Below, in pieces: positions 1-8,869 of a DNA stretch of 64,000 nucleotides. The position numbers and the translations under genes are program-made. Origin of the DNA: an uncultured bacterium (lineage in GTDB: Bacteria; UBP6; UBA1177); assembly GCA_947305505.1 (NCBI GenBank), contig CAMZDX010000001.1:22621-86620 (forward strand), given 5' to 3'. Within the stretch, counting starts at the first letter, position 1. Each line of letters opens with the position of its first letter. The notes beneath the pieces were generated by a model. That model was given only the letters and a program-made list of their open reading frames with translations. It was not told where the DNA came from and did no database searches.

Positions 1-194
1 ACGAATTCTGCCTTCCGAACGGAATGCTCACGTTCAAGGAATATCTTGAAGACTTCGCTTCTCCCGAAACCAAGGCGAAAGGCGAAAAACTTCTCGTCAA
101 ACTTATGGAAGATATCGAAAATCCTGAAAGAAGAGCGAAAACTCAGGAACTTCTCGGCGAAATCGAAAAAGGCAAAAGAGACCTTTACTTCTAA
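1..194 (+). CDS. 3' end of an upstream gene entering the window (partial CDS, unknown product); translated tail ...LGEIEKGKRDLYF*
   Basis: Open frame from position 3 to TAA at 192-194, followed by an intrinsic terminator. Confidence 0.4.
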   Translation, partial: EFCLPNGMLTFKEYLEDFASPETKAKGEKLLVKLMEDIENPERRAKTQELLGEIEKGKRDLYF

Positions 195-230
195 ACCGCA
201 ATTTAGATAGATTTTCAACAAGCCTTTAAC

Positions 231-258
231 GCGGGCGGAGCAATCCGCCCGTTTTTTT
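231..258 (+). terminator. Rho-independent terminator (GCGGGCGGA-gcaa-TCCGCCCG + T7)
   Basis: 9-bp GC-rich stem, 4-nt loop and a run of 7 T directly after the partial CDS. It lies between convergent genes. Confidence 0.65.
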
Positions 259-306
259 ATGAGTAATTAGAACAATTTAGTGCCAGACAAAATCCGGAAA
301 TATTGT

Positions 307-1371
307 TTACCAAGCCGGTTCAAGAGAAATATTAAAGTGATCAACAATTGCAGAATTAATAGTCAGACTACCAAGGCTGAACCATTGAAATTTATGCTCA
401 AAGCATCCGATCTCGTCATTTGAAGATAATGTGTCGGAGCTTGTATCGCCGCCTACAACATCTTCGTCGTAAAGACAATAAAAGATTTTGTCTGTTTTGG
501 CTGAAAACTCTATTGTCGTGCTTTTGTTCCACGTAACAGAAGTTGAATCCTCACCCGAGTTTGTTCTAAAGACCTCTGTACCGTTGATTTTTACAACTGC
601 AAAAAGATCCGGCAGACCGCCTGCCGCATCCCATGTTTCACCGTCAGCATTTTTTTCAGCAACTTTTGCGTCTATAAAAGTGACTATCCATTTTTTGCCC
701 CACGGACTCTGGCATGAGCCCTGATAGTAAAACAAACCTTCGGCGCATTCCTCACCAGAATCATCATTACCGTCAGGAACAGTAAATCCGCAAGTTTCCA
801 TTTCTTGTGAACAGTTGCTGTATGCACAGTCTGAAAATTCTTCACTTGTTGCATCCGAGCAGTTGTCTATCCAACAGTTATACATTGCGTAAAATTGACG
901 CTGACCGGTTTCAGAGCCGTTGTCCACACATCTTTGCGCACATGCGTTGTCTGCACAATCAGCGTAGCAGCTGTAAATAGACGTGCATGACAAGTTCAAT
1001 GAATCGTCACATTTTCCTGTAGACGAATTGCAGCCGTAAACGCAGTAATCATCATAACTCCAGTAACCGTTATAACAAGAGTAGGAATAAGAGCCGTCAC
1101 ACTTATATTCCCCTGAAGAACATTCTGAAGAAGCAGTTTGGCTGTTATCACATTTTCCAGTCCATGAATCGCAATAATCACAACGTTCTGAAAGCATCCA
1201 AATCAAATCACTGCCTGAATAGCCGCAGTAATAGGAATCTCCGTATTTGCAGACATGATCTCCGTAACTGCATTCCCTATAAGAACCTTCATCGTTACTG
1301 CCGCTTCCGCCGCATGAAACAGTCAGAAACACCACCGCAAAAAGAGCTGCGCAAACAAGAATTTTTTTCAT
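307..1371 (-). CDS. Secreted Cys-rich lipoprotein with C-terminal C2-like (Ca-dependent membrane-targeting-like) beta-sandwich domain
   Basis: Lipoprotein signal MKKILVCAALFAVVFLTVSCGG. The N-terminal half is extremely Cys/Tyr/Ser/Asp rich. The C-terminal ~130 aa (WIVTFIDAKV...PDLFAVVKINGTEVFRT...SVTWNKS...IFYCLYDEDVVGGD) shows the spacing pattern of C2 domains. Confidence 0.7.
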   Translation of the reverse strand: MKKILVCAALFAVVFLTVSCGGSGSNDEGSYRECSYGDHVCKYGDSYYCGYSGSDLIWMLSERCDYCDSWTGKCDNSQTASSECSSGEYKCDGSYSYSCYNGYWSYDDYCVYGCNSSTGKCDDSLNLSCTSIYSCYADCADNACAQRCVDNGSETGQRQFYAMYNCWIDNCSDATSEEFSDCAYSNCSQEMETCGFTVPDGNDDSGEECAEGLFYYQGSCQSPWGKKWIVTFIDAKVAEKNADGETWDAAGGLPDLFAVVKINGTEVFRTNSGEDSTSVTWNKSTTIEFSAKTDKIFYCLYDEDVVGGDTSSDTLSSNDEIGCFEHKFQWFSLGSLTINSAIVDHFNISLEPAW

Positions 1372-1440
1372 TTTTTCCTCCTTAAATTAATAACAAACAA
1401 AACAAGCGCCTGCTATTGCCACCAAATTGGTTGTCAAAAA

Positions 1441-1914
1441 TTATCTTTTAACCAGCTTTTCTTTAGTAATATCAATTGGTTCCCCACTGACAAGAATCGA
1501 ATGGAAAGTTTCGAGCTCCTTCAGAGCGGATTCACTTTTTTCCTTCATTGCCTGAAGCTCTGCGCGAAGCCGTTCGTACTTTTTTTCGAGCTCAGCCTTA
1601 TTGAAATCTTTGTCTTTGGCAAGAATCCTGTAAGGCTGAAATTCCCTATTGTCATCCATCGACTTTCCGAAGCACGACATATAAGGTTTCAGAAAACAGA
1701 GGTTTTCCACCAGCACAACAGCATCGGCATCAAGCAGGAACTTTTCTTCCCGTCTGCCGAAATCGCGCTCAGGCCCTGCAACATGAAACCTTTTGTCGAA
1801 ATCTTCCTTGTTTTTGATGATGTCACGGATCCAGTTGGCGAGCTTTTCGGGATTTTTATAACCGAGTGATCTCACCAAATCAATCAAAATCATAACACCT
1901 GTTTTTTTCGTCAT
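1441..1914 (-). CDS. Hypothetical protein (157 aa, C-terminal coiled coil)
   Basis: Long ORF with coding-like composition; no recognisable motif. Confidence 0.55.
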   Translation of the reverse strand: MTKKTGVMILIDLVRSLGYKNPEKLANWIRDIIKNKEDFDKRFHVAGPERDFGRREEKFLLDADAVVLVENLCFLKPYMSCFGKSMDDNREFQPYRILAKDKDFNKAELEKKYERLRAELQAMKEKSESALKELETFHSILVSGEPIDITKEKLVKR

Positions 1915-2300
1915 TTTGTCTCCCGGGTTTACAAATATAGACTTACCCTGTTTGAAAAAAATGCTACCATTTTGGTATGCAATTTTTTTGTTTCACCGTA
2001 TTCGGGAACGAAAAGAGGCAGAAAAGAGAAAACAATACCTTAAAATGCTCTTCACCCTTTTACGATAAAACAAATTCAAGTGTGATGCTGAATAAAAATG
2101 ACTGTTTATACCCGATAAACAACCATCCGAAGTCACAAAAAACTTTTAAGCTTTCCATAACTTCGTTATCTGCCGGCAAAATGTATGCCGTTAGCGACAA
2201 GCGGGAAGCATTCCCAGATCGCACAAATAACATCTGCTACTTATCAGCAACAATAAACGCGGAATTGTAGTGATTTTTCAGAAAAAGACAAATTTTTCCC

Positions 2301-4373
2301 TTAATTTTTCGGGTAATTTATTTTGACTTCTTTGCTTTTGAGGTTCTGCGCTGAAACCCAGTCGAAATCTATGCCAAGACTTTTCAAGTGTGCGACTCTG
2401 TACCACCACCACGCATTGAGAAGTGCTCTTTTTCTCGAGCCGGAATCAAACTTTCCATTGATTTTGCCGATGCGTTCGAGAGTCTTTTCCGCCGCTTCTC
2501 TCACATCCTTGTCGATATCATTGTTTTTCAAGTGGTTGAAAACTTTGCAGTTGTTGAATCCGAGATTGACTCTCAAATCTCCAGCCGCTTCGCAGAAAGC
2601 CTCTCTCCAGAGCGGATGCGGCTCGATCACCGTTATGTCGTAACCTTTCTTAAACTCTTCCGGCACATCTTCCGGGTTTTCCTTACGTTTGTTTATTGCA
2701 TAGTCATCCGCCGATTTGAGCTGTCCGGCAAGGTGCTTGAACCACTCTTCGCACACTTCTGCCGCTTTTTCGCTTTCCAGCGAACCGAGGAACTGCGTTA
2801 TGCGCAGAGGCACAAACCCCCAGAGATAGCAGTCATACCCGTAGTGTTTCATCTCAATCGAATACGCCTGCTCTTTAAGATTCCTGAGAATCGAAAGCAT
2901 GGGCTTGACCGCTTTCCACGCACCGAAAGAATCTCTCAAGAAAAAAACGGCGGTATCAAAAAACAGACTTGTGAGATACGATTCCGGATCGGCAACACCT
3001 TGGATTTCCACAGGTTCTCCGGCATAATAGTCAGAAGGTTTTCCGCCGTTTTTCGCTATTTTGGCAAGTTCTCTCAAAAAATTATCAATATCCTTTTTCA
3101 ATTTCTCTCTATCGATATCCGTTTCCGGAAGATCAGGAATGACCACTATTTCAGCTTTTTTGAAAATCGATCTCGCCTGCTCAACAACAACAAGCTGCTG
3201 AAAAAGTTCTGGAAGTTCTTTGAACCACTTGGTTTTAACTATTTTTTCGCGAAGAAAAATTTCAAGGAGAAACTGTTGGATCTCATCGGATCCCGTCGCC
3301 CCCAAGCCACAGTAGTCCTGGCATTTTCCTACCAAAACATCTGCGACTCCGGATGCAAAGTAAGCAGCGTTTTCCAAATCCTCGATTTTTTTAACCTCCC
3401 TTTCGGCAATCCATTGAATTACACTTCTTTCAGAGTCCGGATCGAAATTTCTCATCGCACTAAAAAAGAGACTGGAAAGGCTTGATTTAAGACTTATATT
3501 TGTTTTTATCACCTCATTTGAAAAGAGAATTTCTGCAAATTTTTTTCCGACAGACGGCTGAAAAATACTGAATTCTTTTTGTTCCGGTGCGTTTTTTATT
3601 TTCAGCGATTTGAACAAGCCGCTGTAAAACCCGCTGCCGTATATATAAAGAATCATATAAAAATCTTCGAAAGTAAATTCATTTTGTCCCAAGATTGCCC
3701 TAAAATAATCTGTATTGCTCAGCAAAGAAGAAAAAACCTTATAAAAACATAATGTTGCATTGTTATAAATTTCAGTTTTGCCCCCATCAGAAGATTCATA
3801 CCGGCGCAGATCTTGGATCGCTCTTGCCGCGAACTGATACAGCTCGCATATATCGCTGAATTTATTAATTTTTTCAGCGTCATCGTGTTTAAACATTTCA
3901 AAAAGGCAGTAAGATTTTTGGATTTTGCTCCTACCTTCTTCATTAAAGTCATACCATAAGATAAAATATCTGATGAAATCATCCCTGATCCCGTCAAATT
4001 CAACCGAATAATTCGGCGTGATCATACTCTTAAACTTACCTTTTCTGACTTTGTCAAACTCGGAATAATCTATTACCGCTGTCGGCAAAACTATATAATA
4101 AAAGATTCTTAAGACACTTTCCTTATCAAGCGAATCACCGTCAAACCAAATGTTTTTATTCCAATCGGCATTGCTTTTTGCAATTTTCAATAATGATGCC
4201 GCTTCTTCATCACTCATCAGTTCTGTAATAGTTTCTGTCAGTTCCTCCTTTTTATCCTCGCAGGTGCGGAGATGTGCTTTCTTCATCATTTCCAGACACC
4301 TTGAAACAATTTTCCTTATTTTATTTTTTTTTTCATCAGATTGGTTGATTAAATAAGTCATCATATTCTCCAT
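2301..4373 (-). CDS. Large hypothetical protein, paralog B (690 aa) with C-terminal HEAT/PBS-lyase-like repeat; partner of the radical SAM cluster
   Basis: 690-aa ORF paralogous over its full length to ORF 6356..8404. The C-terminal ~330 aa are near-identical. Carries a ...DKDVREAAEKTLERIG... HEAT-like motif. Shares a strand with the radical SAM gene and lies 22 nt downstream of it. Confidence 0.75.
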   Translation of the reverse strand: MENMMTYLINQSDEKKNKIRKIVSRCLEMMKKAHLRTCEDKKEELTETITELMSDEEAASLLKIAKSNADWNKNIWFDGDSLDKESVLRIFYYIVLPTAVIDYSEFDKVRKGKFKSMITPNYSVEFDGIRDDFIRYFILWYDFNEEGRSKIQKSYCLFEMFKHDDAEKINKFSDICELYQFAARAIQDLRRYESSDGGKTEIYNNATLCFYKVFSSLLSNTDYFRAILGQNEFTFEDFYMILYIYGSGFYSGLFKSLKIKNAPEQKEFSIFQPSVGKKFAEILFSNEVIKTNISLKSSLSSLFFSAMRNFDPDSERSVIQWIAEREVKKIEDLENAAYFASGVADVLVGKCQDYCGLGATGSDEIQQFLLEIFLREKIVKTKWFKELPELFQQLVVVEQARSIFKKAEIVVIPDLPETDIDREKLKKDIDNFLRELAKIAKNGGKPSDYYAGEPVEIQGVADPESYLTSLFFDTAVFFLRDSFGAWKAVKPMLSILRNLKEQAYSIEMKHYGYDCYLWGFVPLRITQFLGSLESEKAAEVCEEWFKHLAGQLKSADDYAINKRKENPEDVPEEFKKGYDITVIEPHPLWREAFCEAAGDLRVNLGFNNCKVFNHLKNNDIDKDVREAAEKTLERIGKINGKFDSGSRKRALLNAWWWYRVAHLKSLGIDFDWVSAQNLKSKEVKINYPKN

Positions 4374-4394
4374 TTTTTATTGAATCCAACACTG

Positions 4395-5687
4395 TTACGC
4401 CGCTGCAGCTTTCGGATATTCCGAAAGCAGACATGCAATTTTTCTCATCTCCTCGATATCGTGAGCCGGATTGTCGCAAACTTCAAGAATGCCCAAGTCA
4501 TTCGGTTTCACTTTTAATCCGAAACCATGATATTCGTCAAACATTTCAGTTCCTCTGTAGATCTGGAGCGGGAACGCCGTTATTTTAGAAAATCCGAATA
4601 TTTTCAGCAAATTGATATCATTTCCGAAAGATTCTGCCGTCTGATAAGGCAATCCGTAAATAAGTGTGATTTCCGTCCTGATTCCGCGTTTTGCCACTTC
4701 TTTAAGTTTTTCGATCACAATCCTGTTGTCTCCGCCGCGGTTGATAACCGCAGTAACATTGTTGTCAAGCGACTGCACTCCGATTTCGAAGATGATGTTC
4801 GGCATAGTCTCTGCAATATCAAAATATTCGTCCGTAAGCATTTCAGGGCGAATCTGTAAGGAAACATCAGCCATTATTTTCAATTTTTTCACAAACTTCA
4901 AAAACTCAAGACTGATTCCCTTAAAACCAACGCGCCCGTCATTGAAATAAGGATCGAGAACATTGATTTTTCTCACTTTTGCAACCTTGAAAAGCATCAA
5001 CTCCTGCCTGTGGGTTTCCATACAACCGACACAGAAAACCTTTTGCTCAGGATTGCGGTGGCGGCAGAACGAACAGTTGAAAAGACATCCGCGTCTGAGT
5101 TCCATCCTGACCGTCATCCCCTCTGTCATCGGAATAAGACCGGACAAATACGGCGAAGTCAACTTCTCGAATACAGGAAGATCCTTTATGAGAGGATTCC
5201 CGCTCTTTTCAGCACGGGAAAGATACTCTCCAAGATTCTCGAATACTTTTTCTCCGTAAGATTCAATGAAAAAATCGGCAAAAGGATACTCTTTTTTGAG
5301 CGTTTCAAGCCCTCCGCACACCATCGGTCCGCCCATAACGATAATCGGGCGTTTTTGGCAGCTGCCGAGAATCGCCATCGTCTTTTTAAAAAGCTCATCG
5401 CTCCATGCAAAAACGCTGAAAGCCGCGATATCGCAGCCGTTCTCGATGACTTTTTTTGCAATAGAAACAGCTGTTTTGCCATAATCAATACAGAATTTTC
5501 CAAGATTTTCACTAAAATGTCCGTTCAAATCGTAAGTCAAAGTTTCAATGGTGCCGTTGTTTTTTCCCTGCCTGAACGCATTGACCAAACAGGAAACACC
5601 GTAAGGAGTCCTTACTTCGTCAGAACGGAAGAAATTCGTTGAAACGAGAAGAACTTTCAAATTTTTTAATGAATTATATTTATTCAT
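4395..5687 (-). CDS. B12-binding (class B) radical SAM domain protein
   Basis: CX3CX2C motif (RGCLFNCSFCRH). N-terminal Rossmann-like cobalamin-binding region (KVLLVSTNFF...PIIVMGGPMVCG). Start refined to ATG 5685-5687 (MNKYNS...), which has a GGAG RBS 9 nt upstream; the track ORF extends to 5744 via an alternative start. Confidence 0.8.
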   Translation of the reverse strand: MNKYNSLKNLKVLLVSTNFFRSDEVRTPYGVSCLVNAFRQGKNNGTIETLTYDLNGHFSENLGKFCIDYGKTAVSIAKKVIENGCDIAAFSVFAWSDELFKKTMAILGSCQKRPIIVMGGPMVCGGLETLKKEYPFADFFIESYGEKVFENLGEYLSRAEKSGNPLIKDLPVFEKLTSPYLSGLIPMTEGMTVRMELRRGCLFNCSFCRHRNPEQKVFCVGCMETHRQELMLFKVAKVRKINVLDPYFNDGRVGFKGISLEFLKFVKKLKIMADVSLQIRPEMLTDEYFDIAETMPNIIFEIGVQSLDNNVTAVINRGGDNRIVIEKLKEVAKRGIRTEITLIYGLPYQTAESFGNDINLLKIFGFSKITAFPLQIYRGTEMFDEYHGFGLKVKPNDLGILEVCDNPAHDIEEMRKIACLLSEYPKAAAA

Positions 5688-5713
5688 TTTCAACTCCAAA
5701 AATCCAAAGTTTA

Positions 5714-5741
5714 CTAAAACTCCCGCAGAAAACTGCGGGAG
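5714..5741 (-). terminator. Hairpin (CTCCCGCAG-aaaa-CTGCGGGAG) + short U-tract between the RelE-like gene and the radical SAM gene; possible attenuator or weak terminator
   Basis: Perfect 9-bp inverted repeat seen in the sequence, followed on the minus strand by TTTTAG. Confidence 0.35.
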
Positions 5742-5747
5742 CACTGC

Positions 5748-5984
5748 CTACCGACCATGTTTTTTCACGTTTTTTATCTTGTTTTCGTAAGCGTCGTGAC
5801 TGCCGACGAAAAATGTAATGCCGTCAGTCAGAAGCCTGTAGTTCATGCTGAGTCTGAAAGAATAGAAATCATTTTTCAGACCAGCCAGCTTTTTCCATCC
5901 GTGCCTTATGCCTTTCAGGAAAAGTTCCATAATTTTTGCAGCTTTGTTCAAAAACTGTTGAGGGATGTCACTTAATCTTTTCAT
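5748..5984 (-). CDS. RelE/ParE-superfamily toxin-like small protein (78 aa); no cognate antitoxin ORF detected
   Basis: C-terminal pattern ...GLKNDFYSFRLSMNYRLLTDGITFFVGSHDAYE... matches the RelE/YafQ/ParE signature (Y-x-hR-h-x-x-YRhhY...h-VG-H/R-x-x-Y). GGAG RBS 6 nt upstream of the ATG. Confidence 0.6.
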   Translation of the reverse strand: MKRLSDIPQQFLNKAAKIMELFLKGIRHGWKKLAGLKNDFYSFRLSMNYRLLTDGITFFVGSHDAYENKIKNVKKHGR

Positions 5985-6355
5985 TTTATACTCCTAGGTA
6001 TGAAAAGTGTTTGCTAACATCTTCAGACAAGACAACAACCACCCGGTTATTGACTATTTTTTGAAAGCTTTGCAGAGAAAAACAAGACTCTTTGATAACT
6101 TAAAGCCTCGCACGCCAATCTGAGCTTCCGACTCAGTTGGTTAAGTCTATCGATCCAGCCAATGCGACCGGTTACAACCAAAATAGTTGTTACTGAAATT
6201 TGAACAACTGTTCCACACAGCTCGATAGAATCTCCTACTCGCTATTCAAAGAACTGAAGATCAAAAACACCGCAGGATATAGTTGCATAAAAATAAAGTC
6301 AAGACGGAAAATGAATTTTTTTAATTTTCTTGCTCTAGTCAGAATGACGGTAATT

Positions 6356-8404
6356 TTAATAATTTTTCGGGTAATTTATTTTGACTTCTTTGCTTTTGAG
6401 GTTCTGCGCTGAAACCCAGTCGAAATCTATGCCAAGACTTTTCAAGTGTGCGACTCTGTACCACCACCACGCATTGAGAAGCGCTCTCTTTCTCGAACCG
6501 GAATCAAACTTTCCCTTGATTTTTTCAATGCGCTCGAGAGTTTTTGCAGCGGCCTCTCTCACATCTTTGTCAATATCATTTTTTTTCAAATGATTGAAAA
6601 CCGACTTGCAGCCGGAATTTACTCTCAGATCTCCGGCCGCCTCGCAGAAAGCCTCTCTCCAGAGCGGATGAGGTTCAATGATTGTTATGTCGTAACCTTT
6701 CTTAAACTCATCAGGCACATCTTCCGGGTTTTCCTTACGTTTGTTTATTGCAAAATCGTCAGCCGATTTGAGCTGTCCGGCAAGGTGCTTGAACCACTCT
6801 TCGCACACATTTGCAGCTTCTTCCCCCTCAAGCGAACCGAGCAGAGGCGTTATGCGCAGCGGTACAAAAGCCCAAGTGTAGCTGTCATACTCGTAATGTT
6901 CCATATCGATCGAATATGCCTGCTCCTTGAGATTTCTAAAGATCGCAAGCATAGGTTTTGCAGCTTTCCATGTACCGAAAGAATCCCTCAAAAATGCTAC
7001 TGCCGAATCAAAAATCAAGGTCGTGAGATACGATTTCGGATCGGCAACTCCTTGGATTTCCACAGGTTCTCCGGCATAATAATCGGAAGGTTTTCCGCCG
7101 TTTCTTGCAATTTTTGAAAGGTCAGCAAGAAATTTGTCTACATCCTTTTTCAATTTCTCTTTATCGATATCCGTTTCTGAAAGATCAGGAACAACCACTA
7201 TTTCAGCTTTTTTGAAAATTGATCTCGCCTGCTCGACAATGACAATCTGCTGAAAAAGTTCCGGCAGATTTTTGAACCACTCTTTCCCGACAATTTTTTC
7301 GCGGAGAAAAATTTCAAGGATAAGCTGCTTTGCTTCATGCGATTTTATATTTTCCGGTTTGCACGCCCATTCACATCTGGTGACAGCCGCATTAGCAACA
7401 TCCGATGCAAAGTACACAGCATATTCCAAATCCCCGATCTTCTTTATTTCTCTTTCGGCGATATGTTTGACTACCGGCATTTGATATTCGGAATCAAACT
7501 TAATTATCGCAGAGAAAAAGATTTTGTTCTCATAGCTGCATTCCATACTTTCAAATACATCACCGCAGGCAAGGTAATTCTTCATTTTCTCGTTTGAAAA
7601 CATGATTTCAGCAAGTTTGGGTCTTACCCCCGGTTCAAAAACATAAAATTCGAATTTTTCCGGACACTCCATTATTTCATGCAAATTGTACAAATAATCC
7701 CTGTCAAATATATGAATAAAGCCCAAAAGAGCTTTCGGAGCAAGCGCATTGAAAGTTGCCTCAAAAAAATCACAGTCGTTAAACAAACTCTTAAAAACAT
7801 TGTAAAAACACAAAGTTTTAGTGTTATAGGCCTCATTATACAGCGAATCGTCTGACTTCTCCCAACACAAAAAATCGATTTCGCTTGCCGCAAATTTATA
7901 CAATTCAGGAATATTGCTGAAATTTTTGATTTTTTCTAAAGGATCGGAGTTGAAAGCTTCGAGAACATACTCCTGTTTGTGAAAATCTTCTCTGCGTTTC
8001 ACAGCAAAATTGTCAAACAAAATAAAGTACCTGAGGAAATCAGCCCTCACTGTGTCAAAATTGGGACAATCCAAAATTACCGTAGGCAGAATGTCATAAT
8101 AAAAACTTTTCAGGAACCTTTCATAGTCACTGATTTTATCATCAAATTTCCAAAATTTGTCCTCAAAGCCAAAATATTCCGCTCCCTGACCTTTTTCCAA
8201 AAGTTTACCGAAATTCGTAATTTCAAGCAGATCTTCCACCACAGTGTCGGTCAAAAGTTTCTCCATGACCTTGATCAGCTCTTCGATTTCAGCTTCACAG
8301 CAACATTTGGCATGTACTCTCTCAAGCCTTTCCTTCAATTTTGAAATAATACGCCTGATGTTTCCTTCTTTGGTTTCTTTTTCGAATTTAGGAAATTTAC
8401 CCAT
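6356..8404 (-). CDS. Large hypothetical protein, paralog A (682 aa), HEAT-like C-terminus
   Basis: Paralog of 2301..4373. The last ~1 kb of the gene (6356-~7260) is ~90% identical at nucleotide level to 2301-~3300. Confidence 0.75.
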   Translation of the reverse strand: MGKFPKFEKETKEGNIRRIISKLKERLERVHAKCCCEAEIEELIKVMEKLLTDTVVEDLLEITNFGKLLEKGQGAEYFGFEDKFWKFDDKISDYERFLKSFYYDILPTVILDCPNFDTVRADFLRYFILFDNFAVKRREDFHKQEYVLEAFNSDPLEKIKNFSNIPELYKFAASEIDFLCWEKSDDSLYNEAYNTKTLCFYNVFKSLFNDCDFFEATFNALAPKALLGFIHIFDRDYLYNLHEIMECPEKFEFYVFEPGVRPKLAEIMFSNEKMKNYLACGDVFESMECSYENKIFFSAIIKFDSEYQMPVVKHIAEREIKKIGDLEYAVYFASDVANAAVTRCEWACKPENIKSHEAKQLILEIFLREKIVGKEWFKNLPELFQQIVIVEQARSIFKKAEIVVVPDLSETDIDKEKLKKDVDKFLADLSKIARNGGKPSDYYAGEPVEIQGVADPKSYLTTLIFDSAVAFLRDSFGTWKAAKPMLAIFRNLKEQAYSIDMEHYEYDSYTWAFVPLRITPLLGSLEGEEAANVCEEWFKHLAGQLKSADDFAINKRKENPEDVPDEFKKGYDITIIEPHPLWREAFCEAAGDLRVNSGCKSVFNHLKKNDIDKDVREAAAKTLERIEKIKGKFDSGSRKRALLNAWWWYRVAHLKSLGIDFDWVSAQNLKSKEVKINYPKNY

Positions 8405-8869
8405 ATTTTCCTCCTTTTTTAAATTTGCTCAGCCAACTGATATCGGCTAAGTCAAGTTAATTAATAAACAACTGTCTTTTGAATATTTTTGTGAATAAAA
8501 AAGACGTTTACCTCAGCGTTTTAAGACACTGCAAGTCACTACCGATGGCGCGTAGTCTCTTCTTTTACCGGCGGAATTCCGCAATGCGCAGAATCGGGAA
8601 ATCCATCCCTCTCCTCCAGTGGTTCGTTTCCTTTACTCCACTTTGAATAAACAAAAAGACGGGAGAGTTTATAGTCACGAAAAAAAATAAATCAATGTTA
8701 TATCACATCTCTTCTGATTTTCTTCAGAATTTACGGATGAATCTATAACTGAGATAAGCTGCCTATATGTTTCAAAGCATCCGAACTTTAAAAATGGATT
8801 GCCAAAAACTTCAAAACCTTGATTCTTTCTGGTATAAGCGGGCGTTTTTATCAACTATCGGAGTTCATT

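Noticed and set aside
2388-3485. 365-aa and 223-aa plus-strand ORFs (2388..3485; 6446..7117) inside the two paralog genes
   Set aside because: Both are antisense to long, mutually conserved minus-strand genes, and they mirror each other only because the underlying genes are duplicated.
5010-5642. 210-aa plus-strand ORF inside the radical SAM gene
   Set aside because: Antisense to a gene with clear CX3CX2C and B12-binding motifs. Arg-rich composition typical of shadow ORFs.
6130-6165. tRNA-like D-arm sequence GACTCAGTTGGTTAAGTC in the spacer upstream of the RelE-like gene
   Set aside because: Only the D-stem/loop resemblance is present. No acceptor stem, anticodon arm or T-arm (GTTCGAATC-like) could be built on either strand, so it was not called as a tRNA or tRNA fragment.
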